Assembly (NCBI RefSeq): GCF_006345805.1 | Contig: NC_043009.1 | Location: 44,144,001 to 44,208,000, forward strand | DNA length: 64,000 bases | Source: Octopus sinensis | Lineage: Eukaryota | Direction: 5' to 3' | Shown here: in pieces, positions 13,946 to 26,379 of the stretch | Layout of the letters: each line of letters begins with the position of its first letter | Position numbering within the stretch: position 1 is the stretch's first letter | The notes under the pieces: model-generated | What the model saw: only the letters and a program-made list of their open reading frames with translations | Database searches by the model: none | Told to the model about the DNA's origin: nothing | Made by a program: the position numbers and the translations under genes

Positions 13946-14804
13946 AAATGCATGTTGCTGGATTTGATCCCTTAACCCCTGGGACCAGAATTTGAACACA
14001 GAGGGACTATAACCACAGTCATATCGTTAGGAAGCAGGCTTTTTAATCACACACCCATACCCACATTGTGTGAAAAAAATATGTGGTGGTCATAGGTCTG
14101 CTTAATCAGGACTGACCTATTACAATCTACCTAGACCGTTACCCTCTGAAATATTATGTCCCACACAACAAGTCCCCTCTCCCTACCACACAATAAGTCC
14201 TCTCTTCCTACCACACTCCATAATATATGATAAGCCTTGAATATGTCAGTGTATCTTGCACAAACATCTCACCAAACTCTAGGATTTCATTCGGAAATAC
14301 TTAATCTGTTAGCTTCCTTTATAATATAGCTCTGATGGAGCAGGGCTCCCAGAAACAACAGTAGTATCAACAGCAACAGCATCAACAATAATAACAAGCC
14401 AATGAACTGCTAGAAATAGCAACCAAATCCCTCTCATATCACCCTGCTTACTTATTTAAGATCTTTGTTCCCTATGAAGCATAGGTCACCAACAACTTTT
14501 CTCCACTAATATTGACTCTAAGCTCCCAGTTCTTGTTGCTTTTGAATTGTTATCAATGCCCATCTAATTTTACTTTATTCTAGGTAGGGGTGTTGACCTT
14601 GTGCAAACCCATTTTTACCTCTGAGAAGAGATAGTCTGGTCCATATTAGTTTGGCCTCTATCTTTTGACTTGTCCAGCATAGGAGGTTCTATCAGGAGTT
14701 TCTGCTCCACTGGTATGGCCCTCAGGGTCACTGAGGCACACAACCCATGACAACACAATGAGGACTGGACATTGTGACAGAAGTGATATCTGAAAACCAA
14801 GGTG

Positions 14805-17735
14805 CCATGTAAAAAGTATTATTGTGAGTGCTGGTGTTATATAAAAAGCACTGGTGTAGGTGCTATGTAAAAAGCACTGGTTCAGGTGCTATGTGAAAAG
14901 CACTGGTGCTGGTGCTATGTGAAAAGCACTGGTTCAGGTGCTATGTGAAAAGCACTGGTGCTGGTGCTATGTAAAAAGCACTGGTGCTGGTGCTATGTAA
15001 AAAGCACTGGTGCTGGTGCTATGTAAAAAGCACTGGTGCTGGTGCTATGTAAAAAACACTGGTGATGGTGCCATGCAAAAAGCACTGGTACAGGTGCTAT
15101 GTAAAAAGCACTGGTGATGGTGCCATGCAAAAAGCACTGGTGCAGGTGCTATGTAAAAAGCACTGGTGCTGGTGCCATGCAAAAAGCACTGGTTCAGGTG
15201 CTATGTAAAAAGCACTGGTGCTGGTGCCATGCAAAAAGCACTGGTGCAGGTGCTATGTAAAAAGCACTGGTGCTGGTGCTATGTAAAAAGCACTGGTGCT
15301 GGTGCTATGTAAAAAGCACTGGTGCAGGTGCTATGTAAAAAGCACTGGTGATGGTGCCCTGCAAAAAGCACTGGTGCAGGTGCTATGTAAAAAGCACTGG
15401 TGCTGGTGCTATGTAAAAAGCACTGGTGCTGGTGCTATGTAAAAAGCACTGGTGCAGGTGCTATGTAAAAAGCACTGGTGCAGGTGCTATGTAAAAAGCA
15501 CTGGTGCTGGTGCTATGTAAAAAGCACTGGTGCAGGTGCTATGTAAAAAGCACTGGTGCTGGTGCTATGTAAAAAGCACTGGTGCTGGTGCCATGTAAAA
15601 AGCACTGGTGCTGGTGCTATGTAAAAAGCACTGGTGCAGGTGCTATGTAAAAAGCACTGGTGCTGGTGCTATGTAAAAAACACTGGTGCTGGTGCTATGT
15701 AAAAAGCACTGGTGCTGGTGCTATGTAAAAAGCACTGGTGCAGGTGCTATGTAAAAAGCACTGGTGCTGGTGCTATGTAAAAAGCACTGGTGCTGGTGCT
15801 ATGTAAAAAGCACTGGTGCTGGTGCTATGTAAAAAGCACTGGTGCTGGTGCTATGTAAAAAGCACTGGTGCTGGTGCTATGTAAAAAGCACTGGTGCTGG
15901 TGCTATGTAAAAAGCACTGGTGATGGTGCTATGTAAAAAACACTGGTGCTGGTGCCATGTAAAAAGCACTGGTGCTGGTGCTATGTAAAAAGCAATGGTG
16001 CTGGTGCTATGTAAAAAGCACTGGTGCAGGTGCTATGTAAAAAGCACTGGTGCTGGTGCTATGTAAAAAGCACTGGTGCTGGTGCTATGTAAAAAGCACT
16101 GGTGCTGGTGCTATGTAAAAAGCAATGGTGCTGGTGCTATGTAAAAAGCACTGGTGCAGGTGCTATGTAAAAAGCACTGGTGCTGGTGCTATGTAAAAAG
16201 CACTGGTGCTGGTGCTATGTAAAAAGCACTGGTGCTGGTGCTATGTAAAAAGCACTGGTGCTGGTGCTATGTAAAAAGCACTGGTGCTGGTGCTATGTAA
16301 AAAGCACTGGTGCTGGTGCTATGTAAAAAGCACTGGTGCTGGTGCTATGTAAAAAGCACTGGTGCTGGTGCTATGTAAAAAGCACTGGTGCTGGTGCTAT
16401 GTAAAAAGCACTGGTGCTGGTGCTATGTAAAAAGCACTGGTGCTGGTGCTATGTAAAAAGCACTGGTGCTGGTGCTATGTAAAAAGCAATGGTGCTGGTG
16501 CTATGTAAAAAGCACTGGTGCTGGTGCTATGTAAAAAGCACTGGTGCTGGTGCTATGTAAAAAACACTGGTGCTGGTGCTATGTAAAAAGCACTGGTGCT
16601 GGTGCTATGTAAAAGCAATGGTGCTGGTGCTATGTAAAAAGCACTGGTGCAGGTGCTATGTAAAAAGCACTGGTGCTGGTGCTATGAAAACACTGGTGCT
16701 GGTGCTATGTAAAAAGCACTGGTGCTGGTGCTATGTAAAAAGCACTGGTGCTGGTGCTATGTAAAAAGCACTGGTGCTGGTGCTATGTAAAAAGCACTGG
16801 TGCTGGTGCTATGTAAAAAGCACTGGTGCTGGTGCTATGTAAAAAGCACTGGTGCTGGTGCTATGTAAAGAGCACTGGTGCTGGTGCTATGTAAAAAACA
16901 CTGGTGCTGGTGCTATGTAAAAAGCACTGGTGCTGGTGCTATGTAAAAAGCACTGGTGCTGGTGCTATGTAAAAAGCACTGGTGCTGGTGCTATGTAAAA
17001 AGCACTGGTGCTGGTGCTATGTAAAAAGCACTGGTGCTGGTGCTATGTAAAAAGCACTGGTGCTGGTGCTATGTAAAGAGCACTGGTGATGGTGCTATGT
17101 AAAAAACACTGGTGCTGGTGTATATGTAAAAAGCACTGGTGCTGGTGCTATGTAAAAAGCACTGGTGATGGTGCTATGTAAAAAACACTGGTGCTGGTGC
17201 TATGTAAAAAGCACTGGTGCTGGTGCTATGTAAAAAGCACTGGTGCAGGTGCTATGTAAAAAGCACTGGTGCTGGTGCTATGTAAAAAGCACTGGTGCTG
17301 GTGCTATGTAAAAAGCACTGGTGCAGGTGCTATGTAAAAAGCACTGGTGCTGGTGCTATGTAAAAAGCACTGGTGCAGGTGCTATGTAAAAAGCACTGGT
17401 GCTGGTGCTATGTAAAAAGCACTGGTGCAGGTGCTATGTAAAAAGCACTGGTGCTGGTGCTATGTAAAAAGCACTGGTGCAGGTGCTATGTAAAAAGCAC
17501 TGGTTCTGGTGCTATGTAAAAAGCACTGGTGCAGGTGCTATGTAAAAAGCACTGGTGCTGGTGCTATGTAAAAAGCACTGGTGCAGGTGCTATGTAAAAA
17601 GCACTGGTGCTGGTGCTATGTAAAAAGCACTGGTGCAGGTGCTATGTAAAAAGCACTGGTTCTGGTGCTATGTAAAAAGCACTGGTGCAGGTGCTATGTA
17701 AAAAGCACTGGTGATGGTGCCCTGCAAAAAGCATC
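14805..17735. repeat. Minisatellite, 26-bp unit ATGTAAAAAGCACTGGTGCTGGTGCT, about 110 copies
   Basis: Direct reading; no unique spacers; followed at 17735-17900 by a family B 3' end. Confidence 0.97.
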
Positions 17736-18133
17736 CAGTACATTCTGTAACGTGGTTGGCATTAGGAAGAGCATCAAGCTGTAAAGACCAAGCCAAAGCA
17801 GACTATGGAACTTGGTGCTGCTTCTGGCCTTGCCAGTTCTTGTCAAGCCGTAAAACCCCTGCCAGCATGGAAAGCAGACATTAAATGTTGATGATGATGA
17901 TAATGAGTGTTTTGAAAAATCAAGATAGAGAATGTAGTGTTAGATATAAAATAATGGGGGAAAAAGACAGGACAGCTGTAGTTGGAACACCTTTAATTGT
18001 AGTTTTTCTTAATTGGGGCTGACGATAACAACAACAAAGACAGGCAATTACCTTAATAATAAAGTGTTCATTAAGATACAAATATTTACTACAACAACAA
18101 CAACAACAGTAATAAAGAAGTATTTCTGCTTAC

Positions 18134-18359
18134 TATGTGTAGAATTTTCTGTAGCTAGTTTGCGAAACGTAAATGATATTCTTGTTTCTCTTTTGACCAG
18201 AGTCATCGAACTGTCTGGAAGGGGTACAATGTCTGACTTTCTTGGAGTGATCCCATGGGACCAAATATATCTAGATTCTCCTGTCATTACTAGAAGACTT
18301 CTTTGTGGTAGGACTACACTCCTGTGATGACCATCAGGATGATGAAACTCCATGACAAC
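18134..18359 (-). CDS. ALKBH8: ALKBH8 exon 6 ([10 protein letters not shown]...[24 protein letters not shown]...[16 protein letters not shown])
   Basis: ctttatttcag acceptor, GTAAGC donor, 226 nt, phase 0/1; distal Fe-ligand His (WSHGI) and 2OG-binding RxSxTFR. Confidence 0.96.
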
Positions 18360-18571
18360 CTGAAATAAAGAACAACGAATGGAAATGAACCATTTGCCAA
18401 GATTCTTTGACAAAAGTGACAACAAAATTTTCCCATTTACATCTCTACAACAAGAATTCATAGGATTAACAGCAGTTCTAAAACAAAGTGTAATTTACTT
18501 TTTACTCATTTCTCATTTTGATTAATACTCAAATAAGTCATTGAAGATTTGTTCCTAGGTTTTGCTGAAGT

Positions 18572-19028
18572 GCACAGAAAGTGTGTCAATAGCCAGCTGG
18601 AGGAGGTGTCCTCCTGGGGGTACAAGCTACAGTAGCATCCACCCTTAGGGGTTAGCCACATTTAAGTGGCAAATATACTTCACGATGTTGTGCAGCTACT
18701 GTTTATACCTCGCTCAGAGATTTATTATTGCTTGTTTACACTTTTTCAATATCAGTGACTTTTCGTCACTGGAAAAAAAGGATATATATTTGCAAAGGGA
18801 ACCCACTTTTCATCAGCAATCAGTGATTGTCACATGCTGATGACGGGTCAATACCCAGAAACTCGAGTCCGTGTGTATCATGTCAGATTCAAGATGGGAT
18901 GGATGGCTTCCCTTTGCAAATACTGATAGGGCACAGAAAGTGTGTCAATAGCCAGCTGAAGGAGGTATCCTCCTGGGGCTACAAGCTACAGTAGCATCCA
19001 CCCTTAAGGGTTATCCACATTTAAGTTG

Positions 19029-19036
<8 letters not shown>
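18572..19036 (+). mobile_element. Retrozyme / Penelope pLTR-like unit with ~105-bp direct repeats (18572-18677, 18931-19036; period 359 bp)
   Basis: Near-identical direct repeats flank a hammerhead motif. Confidence 0.65.
18831..18875 (+). ncRNA. Minimal type I hammerhead ribozyme motif, GUC cleavage after 18869
   Basis: CACATG-CTGATGA-C-GGGT caat ACCC-A-GAAA-C TCGA G-TC|CGTGTG: 6-bp stem I, 4-bp stem II, palindromic stem III. Confidence 0.75.
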
Positions 19037-19061
<25 letters not shown>

Positions 19062-19564
19062 CACCACCCTAAAGGGTTTATTTTAATCATAAAATCGACC
19101 CCAGGACTTATTCTTTGTAAGCCTAGTACTTATTCTACCGGTCTCTTTAGAATAATGTCTTCTACTATAGACCAGTCAGGCCGAGTCTATAGTAGAAGAC
19201 ATTTTCCCAAGCTGCCACACAATGGGACTGAACCTGGAACCATGTGGTTGAGAAGCAAGCTTCTTACCACACAGCCATGCTTGCATGGTGTTCAGCATCT
19301 TTTAATTTGCAGAGAAATAGATTTTTCCTGTTTGTATGTACATATGTGTGTGCTTGTGTCTCTTGGTTTTTCACAAAGTGGAGGTTGTAAATGAGCACAA
19401 GCATATGCCGTTTGTTTCCAATATTCTACAAGAGATCGTCTGGTCATGGGGAAATATTACCTTGGTTGGTAAGGGTTGACTACAGCAAAGGCATCCAACC
19501 ATAGAAAAAAAGTGCCTCGACAAATTCTGTCTGACCCATACAAACATCGAAAAGTGTATAAATA

Positions 19565-19595
<31 letters not shown>

Positions 19596-19630
19596 ACGTG
19601 GTGTGTGAGTGTGTGTGTGTATGTGTGTGT

Positions 19631-19672
<42 letters not shown>

Positions 19673-20441
19673 GTGTGTGTGTGTGTGTGTATGTGTGTGT
19701 CACTACTACTTGACAACTGGTTTTGGATGTTTACATCCCTGTAACTAAACGGTTCGCCAAAACAGACCGGCAGAATAAGTACAAGGCTTAACAAAAAACA
19801 AATACTGGGGTCAATTCTACTAAAAATTCTTCAAGGCGGTGCCCCAGCATGGGCGAAGTCTAGTTGACTGGAACAAAAGATAAAATATATTCGCAGAAAT
19901 TTTCATTTTTCTGTAATTAAGGGACAAAACTTGTAAAATAAATATCCAGAGTTCTCTCCCTTGAAATACTAAAAATTTCATCACATTTCATTGCAGGAAG
20001 AGATATTAAGTATTAAAATGCTTCCAAGACGTAATACAGAAGAATCGACTACAAAAACTGAATTCCGTGACTGGACTGGTAGCACGTTTGATAGCCTCGT
20101 CTGGTACCTGAGCCGGTGGCACGTAAAAAGCACCCACTACACTCACGGAGTGGTTGGCGTTAGGAAGGCCATCCAGCCATAGAAACACTGCCAGATCAGA
20201 CTGGGCCTGGTGCAGCCTTCTGGCTTCCCAGATCCCAGTTGAACCGTCCAACCCATGCTAGCATGGAAAGCGGACGTTAAACGATGATGATGACGGTATG
20301 CAACAATCATATTAAATACTAATAGTTGTAGCCATTTCAGCAAACGAACTCTTACAGACCTCTAACCGTACACACACACAATAAACAAAAAGTTTGTAAG
20401 AATATTTAGAAAATAAAATTCTGTATAGTTCGAACTCTCAC

Positions 20442-20512
20442 CATAGAGCCAAGACTTAAAGAAACGATTCCATCTTCGAAAGCCGAAGGAGTATCTACAT
20501 GTGGTGGTATAC
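20442..20512 (-). CDS. ALKBH8: ALKBH8 exon 5 (GIPPHVDTPSAFEDGIVSLSLGSM), Fe(II)-binding HxD motif
   Basis: AG/GT boundaries, 71 nt, phase 1/0; HVD iron motif and SLSLGS. Confidence 0.96.
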
Positions 20513-20749
20513 CTACAAGTAAATATATATTAATGTTCATAATTAATGTAGTAACATGGTATATAGAGGACAACATGTGAGAAAAAAACTTCATGTTACA
20601 GAAATACAAGAGGTTCCATCTGTCCATTCATTCCTGGAAGGGTTGTTAGAGTAGAGTCCTTGGGCATCTCCTCCATAGGGTCCTATCAGAAGCAACTGTC
20701 ATTAGACTTTCTGGATGGATACCCAAGTATGACCAGCTGAGATTATGGA

Positions 20750-20995
20750 TATTAATACCTATTTCTTTACTACCCACAAGGGGCTAAACACAGAGGGGAC
20801 AAACAAGGACAAACAAACGGATTAAGTCGATTACATCGACTCCAGAGCGTAACTGGTATTTAATTTATCGACCCCGAAAGGATGAAAGGCAAAGTCGACC
20901 TTGGCGGAATTTGATCTCAGAATGTAACGGCAGATGAAATACGGCCACGCATTTCGCCCGGCATGCTAACAATTCTGCCAGCTCGCCACCTTAAT
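20750..20995 (-). mobile_element. tRNA-derived SINE family C (GGCGAGCTGGCAGAAT...GCCTTTCATCCTTTCGGGGTCGATAAAT...), possibly MetaSINE-like
   Basis: Pol III-type head and conserved central block; decayed copies near 26530-26750, 34600-34790, 54620-54810 and 60770-60980. Confidence 0.75.
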
Positions 20996-21781
20996 GGATA
21001 TTAAAACCATTAGGTCCCCTGCCAGTTGCCTCAGTTTAAAGAACCTGTCTTGCAATACTTTCTTGCATCATGCTAATCACAAGTCTTTAGTACAAGAGGT
21101 GTTACTTCTCAATGTAGAGAAGTATCAACTCAATCTGGAGAGCTAAATCACCTGAGATCCTTCACAGGAACCCCATTTCAGGCACTTGTATTCACAATCA
21201 CATTGTCTCAGTCATGACCCAAGAGATTGCCATTAATAATGGCATAAATGAATTAAAGAACAAGAGAAATAAGATAACATCTGGAACCTTCTTCCACATA
21301 TTGTTCTGCAAAGACCAAGAGACAAGTGGTGAGTAAAACCACATTTTTCTCTTTGTGGTCAAAAAAACCCAAAAGACTGGCCTGACTAGCTTCAATGTTT
21401 TTTAACAATTTGTTCACAGGTCAGCTATTCATCTATCTATCTACAGAGAAAGAGAGAAAGGGAATTATACTTCACAGCTTATAGGCCTACACCTAGACAT
21501 AGTGTACACAATTTGCTTGTATTAAACGCACATTTTTTTCCTGTAGTGCTTCTATTATCTTGAATAAACAGGCAATTATCAAGATTCATACATTCAACTT
21601 TTGAATTCCTTAAATTAGTGAAAGTTTGAGGAATATGAACACATGAAATTTGAACTGACAAATCTCAAGGATTTCCTGTATACACACACAAAACTTTTAT
21701 TTCGTTAAACACACACACACACGAAACAAATAGTGACAAAAACTGAATGTACAAATACTGAGCGGCTTGATGCAAACATAC

Positions 21782-21982
21782 CTTGTCCTGGTAAGTATTG
21801 GTTGACAGTCAGCTGGTCTGGACAGTGGTTAATTAATCCATGTTGCATAACCTTTGAAATTAATTTATCACATACTGGAGGGATTCCACACGGAAGAGGA
21901 GTGCTTGGATCAACATTGTTTGTGCTGTACAAGAACTCATATCCATAGTGCTTTGTTTTTCGGTGTTTCAAAGTTGTTTGGG
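21782..21982 (-). CDS. ALKBH8: ALKBH8 exon 4 (QTTLKHRKTKHYGYEFLYSTNNVD...PDQLTVNQYLPGQG)
   Basis: AG/GT boundaries, 201 nt, phase 1/1; LKHR..HYGYEF.Y..NNVD and PDQLTVNQY.PGQG are ALKBH8-specific motifs. Confidence 0.96.
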
Positions 21983-22985
21983 CTGTGTAATTAAACAACA
22001 AGAATTGAATTTTAAAAAAACTACAAAATGAAATTTTAAGTAGGGCACAACATGTCTGTGTTGGCTTTAGTCAACCAGCTTAAAAATTTATAACCGCCAT
22101 ATTTTAAATGTTATTGTTGTTTAATCCAAGGTCAATACTGATTGAGCTGAACAATGATCAGAGATATTCTGGTTGAGACTAGCCTGTCTTTACATGGGTT
22201 ATAGAGTTATCTAGGACTACATTGTCTAGTGTCCCTTTTTTAAGGCAGTAGGATGAGATATGAGAGTTGGCTGCAATTTCTAGCAGGTCAAGCAACTGTA
22301 AAGAGATTCTTCTTGTTGGCTCATTATTTATTAATAGATCATCATCAGCATCGTCATCATTTAGCATCTGCTTTCCATGCTAGCATGGATTGGACGATTT
22401 GACTGAGGTCTGGCAAACCAGATGGCTGCAGCAGACTCCAATCTGATCTTGCAGAGTTTCTACAGCTGGATACCCTTCCTAACGCCAACCACTCCGAGAG
22501 TGTAGTGGGTGCTTTTACATGCCACCAGCACAAGGGCCAGTCAGGCGTTACTGGCAACGGCCATGCTCAAATGGTGCTTTTCATGTGCCACCTGCACAGG
22601 AGCCAGTCCAGCGGCACTGGCAACAACCTCACTTGAATGTGTTTTTTACGTGCCACCAGCACAAGTGCCAGTAAGGGGACGCAGGTAACGATCACACTCG
22701 AATGGTGTTTTTTATGTGCCACCGGCACAGAAGCCAGCTTGTTGCTCTGGCAATGATCACGCTCAGATGGTACTCTTAGCGTTCCACTAGCATGGATGCC
22801 AGTCATCGAATTTGATTTCGATGTCAATATTAAACTCTAAATAAGGTGGAAAGCTGGCAGAATCATAATCACACAATTTGGAATCACATCTAAAGAAATA
22901 AATGAGAGGAGATGTAAAGATATTTAACCAATAGAGTTGTTTTGTATTTACTCTACTGGAAAATAAACAAAAAAAAATACTTTAC

Positions 22986-23111
22986 TTGGATTATCACAGT
23001 TGGCCCATTCTATAGCACTGATCAGCTGGGTTTCATAATCTTCACTGATGAAATCTTTCAGAAGAATCAAACCTGGTGGTAGGTCTGTGGATGGAACTAA
23101 GCACGATGGAA
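22986..23111 (-). CDS. ALKBH8: ALKBH8 exon 3 (PSCLVPSTDLPPGLILLKDFISEDYETQLISAIEWANCDNP)
   Basis: AG/GT boundaries, 126 nt, phase 1/1; LPPGL..DFIS is the start of the ALKBH8 AlkB domain. Confidence 0.92.
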
Positions 23112-24309
23112 CTACCAAATACAAAAAAAAAAATGAAGTCAAAGAACTCATTGATTACAGTGATGTATTTAAGGGTTCCATTGGGTCACAGAAAGGGAGA
23201 GAATAAATGAAGATGGCATGGGTCAACAACTAAGAGGTTTCTGTTTTAAAATCTTCGGGCGTGGCTGTGTGGTAAGACGCTTGCTCCTCAACTACATGGT
23301 TCTGGGTTCAGTCCCACAGAGTGGCACCTTGGGCCAAGTGTCTTCTACTATAGCCTCAGGCCGACCAAAGCCTTGTCAGTGGATTTGGCAAATGGAAACT
23401 GAAAGAAGCCCATCGTGTGTGTGTGTCTCTGTGTCTGCCCCCCCCCCATCCCATCTCCACTTGACAACCAGTGTTGGTGGGTTTATGTCCCGTAACTTAG
23501 CGGTTCGGCAAAAGAGACCGTTAGAATAAATACTAGGCTTTAAAAAATAAGTCCTGGTGTTGATTTGTTTGACTAAAACGTTTCAAAGCAGTGCTCCAGC
23601 ATGGCTGCAGTCAAATGACAGAAACAAGTTAAAGAATAGGAGAAAAGAATACATTTCATGGTCTCTTAATTCGACTTAGCTGTCTAGAAACAGATACCAG
23701 ATCTACTAGGGGATGTTACTAGCTATGGAATAAATGTTATAACGTATAGCGGGCCATTCTATCCAGGGATAAATGTATTTTCATCTATTCATGAACAAAA
23801 CCAAGGGAATGTACAAGGAAGGTAACTCTTGCAGTTTTTTATTACAACTAATCTCATGCTTATTAGCACCTTTTGTTTTTTTAGAGCAATTTAAATGCTA
23901 ACATGAATATCATTATATAGCAATCTAAATGTGAGCATTGATATCACAATTTCTGCATAGTTAAGCATTTGCAAAACTGCTATCACTGTTAAAAAATCGT
24001 TCAGAACTTAACCACTTATCAGTGAGATAGAAATAGTAAGTTTTGAGAGAGTGGACTATGACAAACAGAGTAATGTACCTTGGTTAGGAACACTCCAATC
24101 AACCTATTTTACCAAATTTCTGTTGAAATGTAATGTTACTAGATTAATTTAAAAAAAAAAAAAAAAAAACAAGAATTTCATAAAATAAGTGAGTCAATAT
24201 TAAGCAAATAAATGAATATGAAATTTTGATAGGAAGCTTGAATTTCTATCATTTTAAAACGAAGAGTTTCTATCAACGAAGAGTTTCTCACCAACAACAA
24301 CACTGAATA

Positions 24310-24585
24310 CCTTTTTGATCTCCATGTGTCCAACACACGTGGACATGCCTACAAAGTCAGAAAACAACACAGCTCCCATGACTTTCGGAAACATTTTTTC
24401 ACGCTCAGAGTTGCTGAAGCATGGAACAAACTACCTGCGTCAGTTGTTGACTGCCATGACACTGCATCCTTTAACGCCCTCATGCTTTCCGAAATCCGCC
24501 GAAACTACACCTGATTATACATACACTTTAGATGAGTTGTAGTGCACCTGAGCACTGTACACAATGTTTTATTATATTATTATAC
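24310..24585 (+). mobile_element. CR1/L2-group LINE 3' fragment (same family as 13255-13705)
   Basis: ORF 24326-24514 TRGHAYKVRKQHSSHDFRKHFFTLRVAEAWNKLP; (ATT)n tail. Confidence 0.8.
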
Positions 24586-26153
24586 AATCAGGGGTAGTCT
24601 CAGAAGGATTGTATCAAAAGGGTTAAAGTAAACCCATGTTTCTAGGATGTTGCTTCATCTATATTATTATTAGCATACATATCTGCCACGAAAAAATTCC
24701 TCACAAGTTAACATGTTCGAGATACTCAGCAAGTAAGGCAGCAAGCTGACAGAAGCATTTGCATACCAGACAAATTATTTGGTGGCATCTCATCTGTCAA
24801 AATCTGCCATGGTCGATTTTACCTTTTGTCCTTACAGAGTTGATAAAATAAGTACCAAAAGTGTTAAGGCTGCATTCCATGGTGAAGAGGACTGGCCTGC
24901 AAGAATCCTGTGCCAGTGCCACATAACAAGCACCCATGCTGGCACCATGTAAAAAGAGCTTTATGCTGGTGGCATAATAAAAGCACCTAGCACACTTTGT
25001 AAAGTGGTCGGCATTAGGAAGGGGATCCAGCTGCAGAAACCAAACCAAATCAGAGTGGAACCTGGTGAAGCTCTCCAGCTTGCCAGCTCTGGTCAAACCA
25101 TCCAATCCATACCATACTAGCATGGAAAATGGACATTAAAGAATGATGATGAAGAGAAGGAGAATGACCACTGGGGTCAATGTAGTTGACTTGGGCCCCA
25201 CCACACCCTCAGGAAATTGCTGCTCTTGTGCCAAAATTTGAAAACCAATTTACATGAACATAGGTACACGCATGACAGAGAGGTGATAGAAGTTTTAACA
25301 CCTTCCAACAATAAAGAAAAGAAAACCAGTTATAAACACCAGTTTGAGGCTTTAATCCATCCACAAATTCTATGATATTTACATGCAAAACTAATCAGGG
25401 TTACTCAACCACAGCTTATTCCTCAATGAAAGTTACAATGTAAACTTATGTATAACCAATGTATAAAAACAGATGCATAATTACAAAATAAATATCATTA
25501 TCATTGTCATTTAGTGCCTGTCAGTCATGCCAGCATATGTTGAATGGTTTAGCAGAATCCAAGTCAGAAGATTGTGTCATGCTTCAATGTCTGCTTTGGT
25601 ATGGTTTCAATGACCAGATGCCCTCTCTGTTGCCAACCACTTTACAGAATGTAACTGGGTGTTTATTTTGCAGCAGTAGTTCTAGAGGAGTTACGATGTA
25701 ACTCACAAGACAGAAAAGCTTCCTTGACCGAGTACAAGTGTAGTAGAAAAGGTGGCTCTAGGCCGTTAAGGTGATAAAGTATGAGAGAGAGAGAGACAGG
25801 CATAACTGAAGAAGAGATACATGACTAATTTGCATTATATAAAAGGTGTGTTGGAATAGCTAGAAAGAAATATAAATGCAAGAAGGTGAGTAGAAGAGAG
25901 AAAAGGGATAGAAGATCAGGAAGGTTGGGTGAATAAGTTTGCAAGAATGTGAGAGGAGAAAGACAGATGATTAGAGATGAGTATAGAAGTGATTGTAGTA
26001 AAAGGATGCCCCTTGTGGGTAATAAAAAATCATGTAGTAAAAGGATGCAGATGTGGTCAATGGTAAATACGAGCTTGAAGGGAAGGTGATATAAAATAGA
26101 AGTGGCCTGAGGAAGAAGAGTTAAATAGTAAAAAGAAAATACTGATCACTTAC

Positions 26154-26379
26154 TTGTCTTTAAAAAAGAAATATAGATGTTGTTTCCATTACTTAGTTTA
26201 GTACCGTTCAATTTATTGGCGGCCTGCACTGCATCTTCAGTAGAAAGGTAACATATAAAGGCATAAGGTCTTTGAGGCAGCATGATAATTTCTTCAGCAT
26301 GGACATCTTCACAGAAAGCCTCTTCTATTTCTTCCTTGCTCACACCAGTGTCCAGTCCACCATTGAATACACAAAGAAT
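26154..26379 (-). CDS. ALKBH8: ALKBH8 exon 2, RRM domain (ILCVFNGGLDTGVSKEEIEEAF...PQRPYAFICY...LNGTKLSNGNNIYISFLKT)
   Basis: ttttcctag acceptor, GTAAGT donor, 226 nt, phase 0 in / phase 1 out; matches ALKBH8 RRM motifs NGGLGNGVS and PNKPYSF. Confidence 0.93.

Noticed and set aside
14805-17735. CRISPR-like array, or repeat protein from ORF 16570-16764
   Set aside because: Units are contiguous with no unique spacers, there are no cas genes, the context is eukaryotic, and the ORF is a frame artefact of the 26-bp unit
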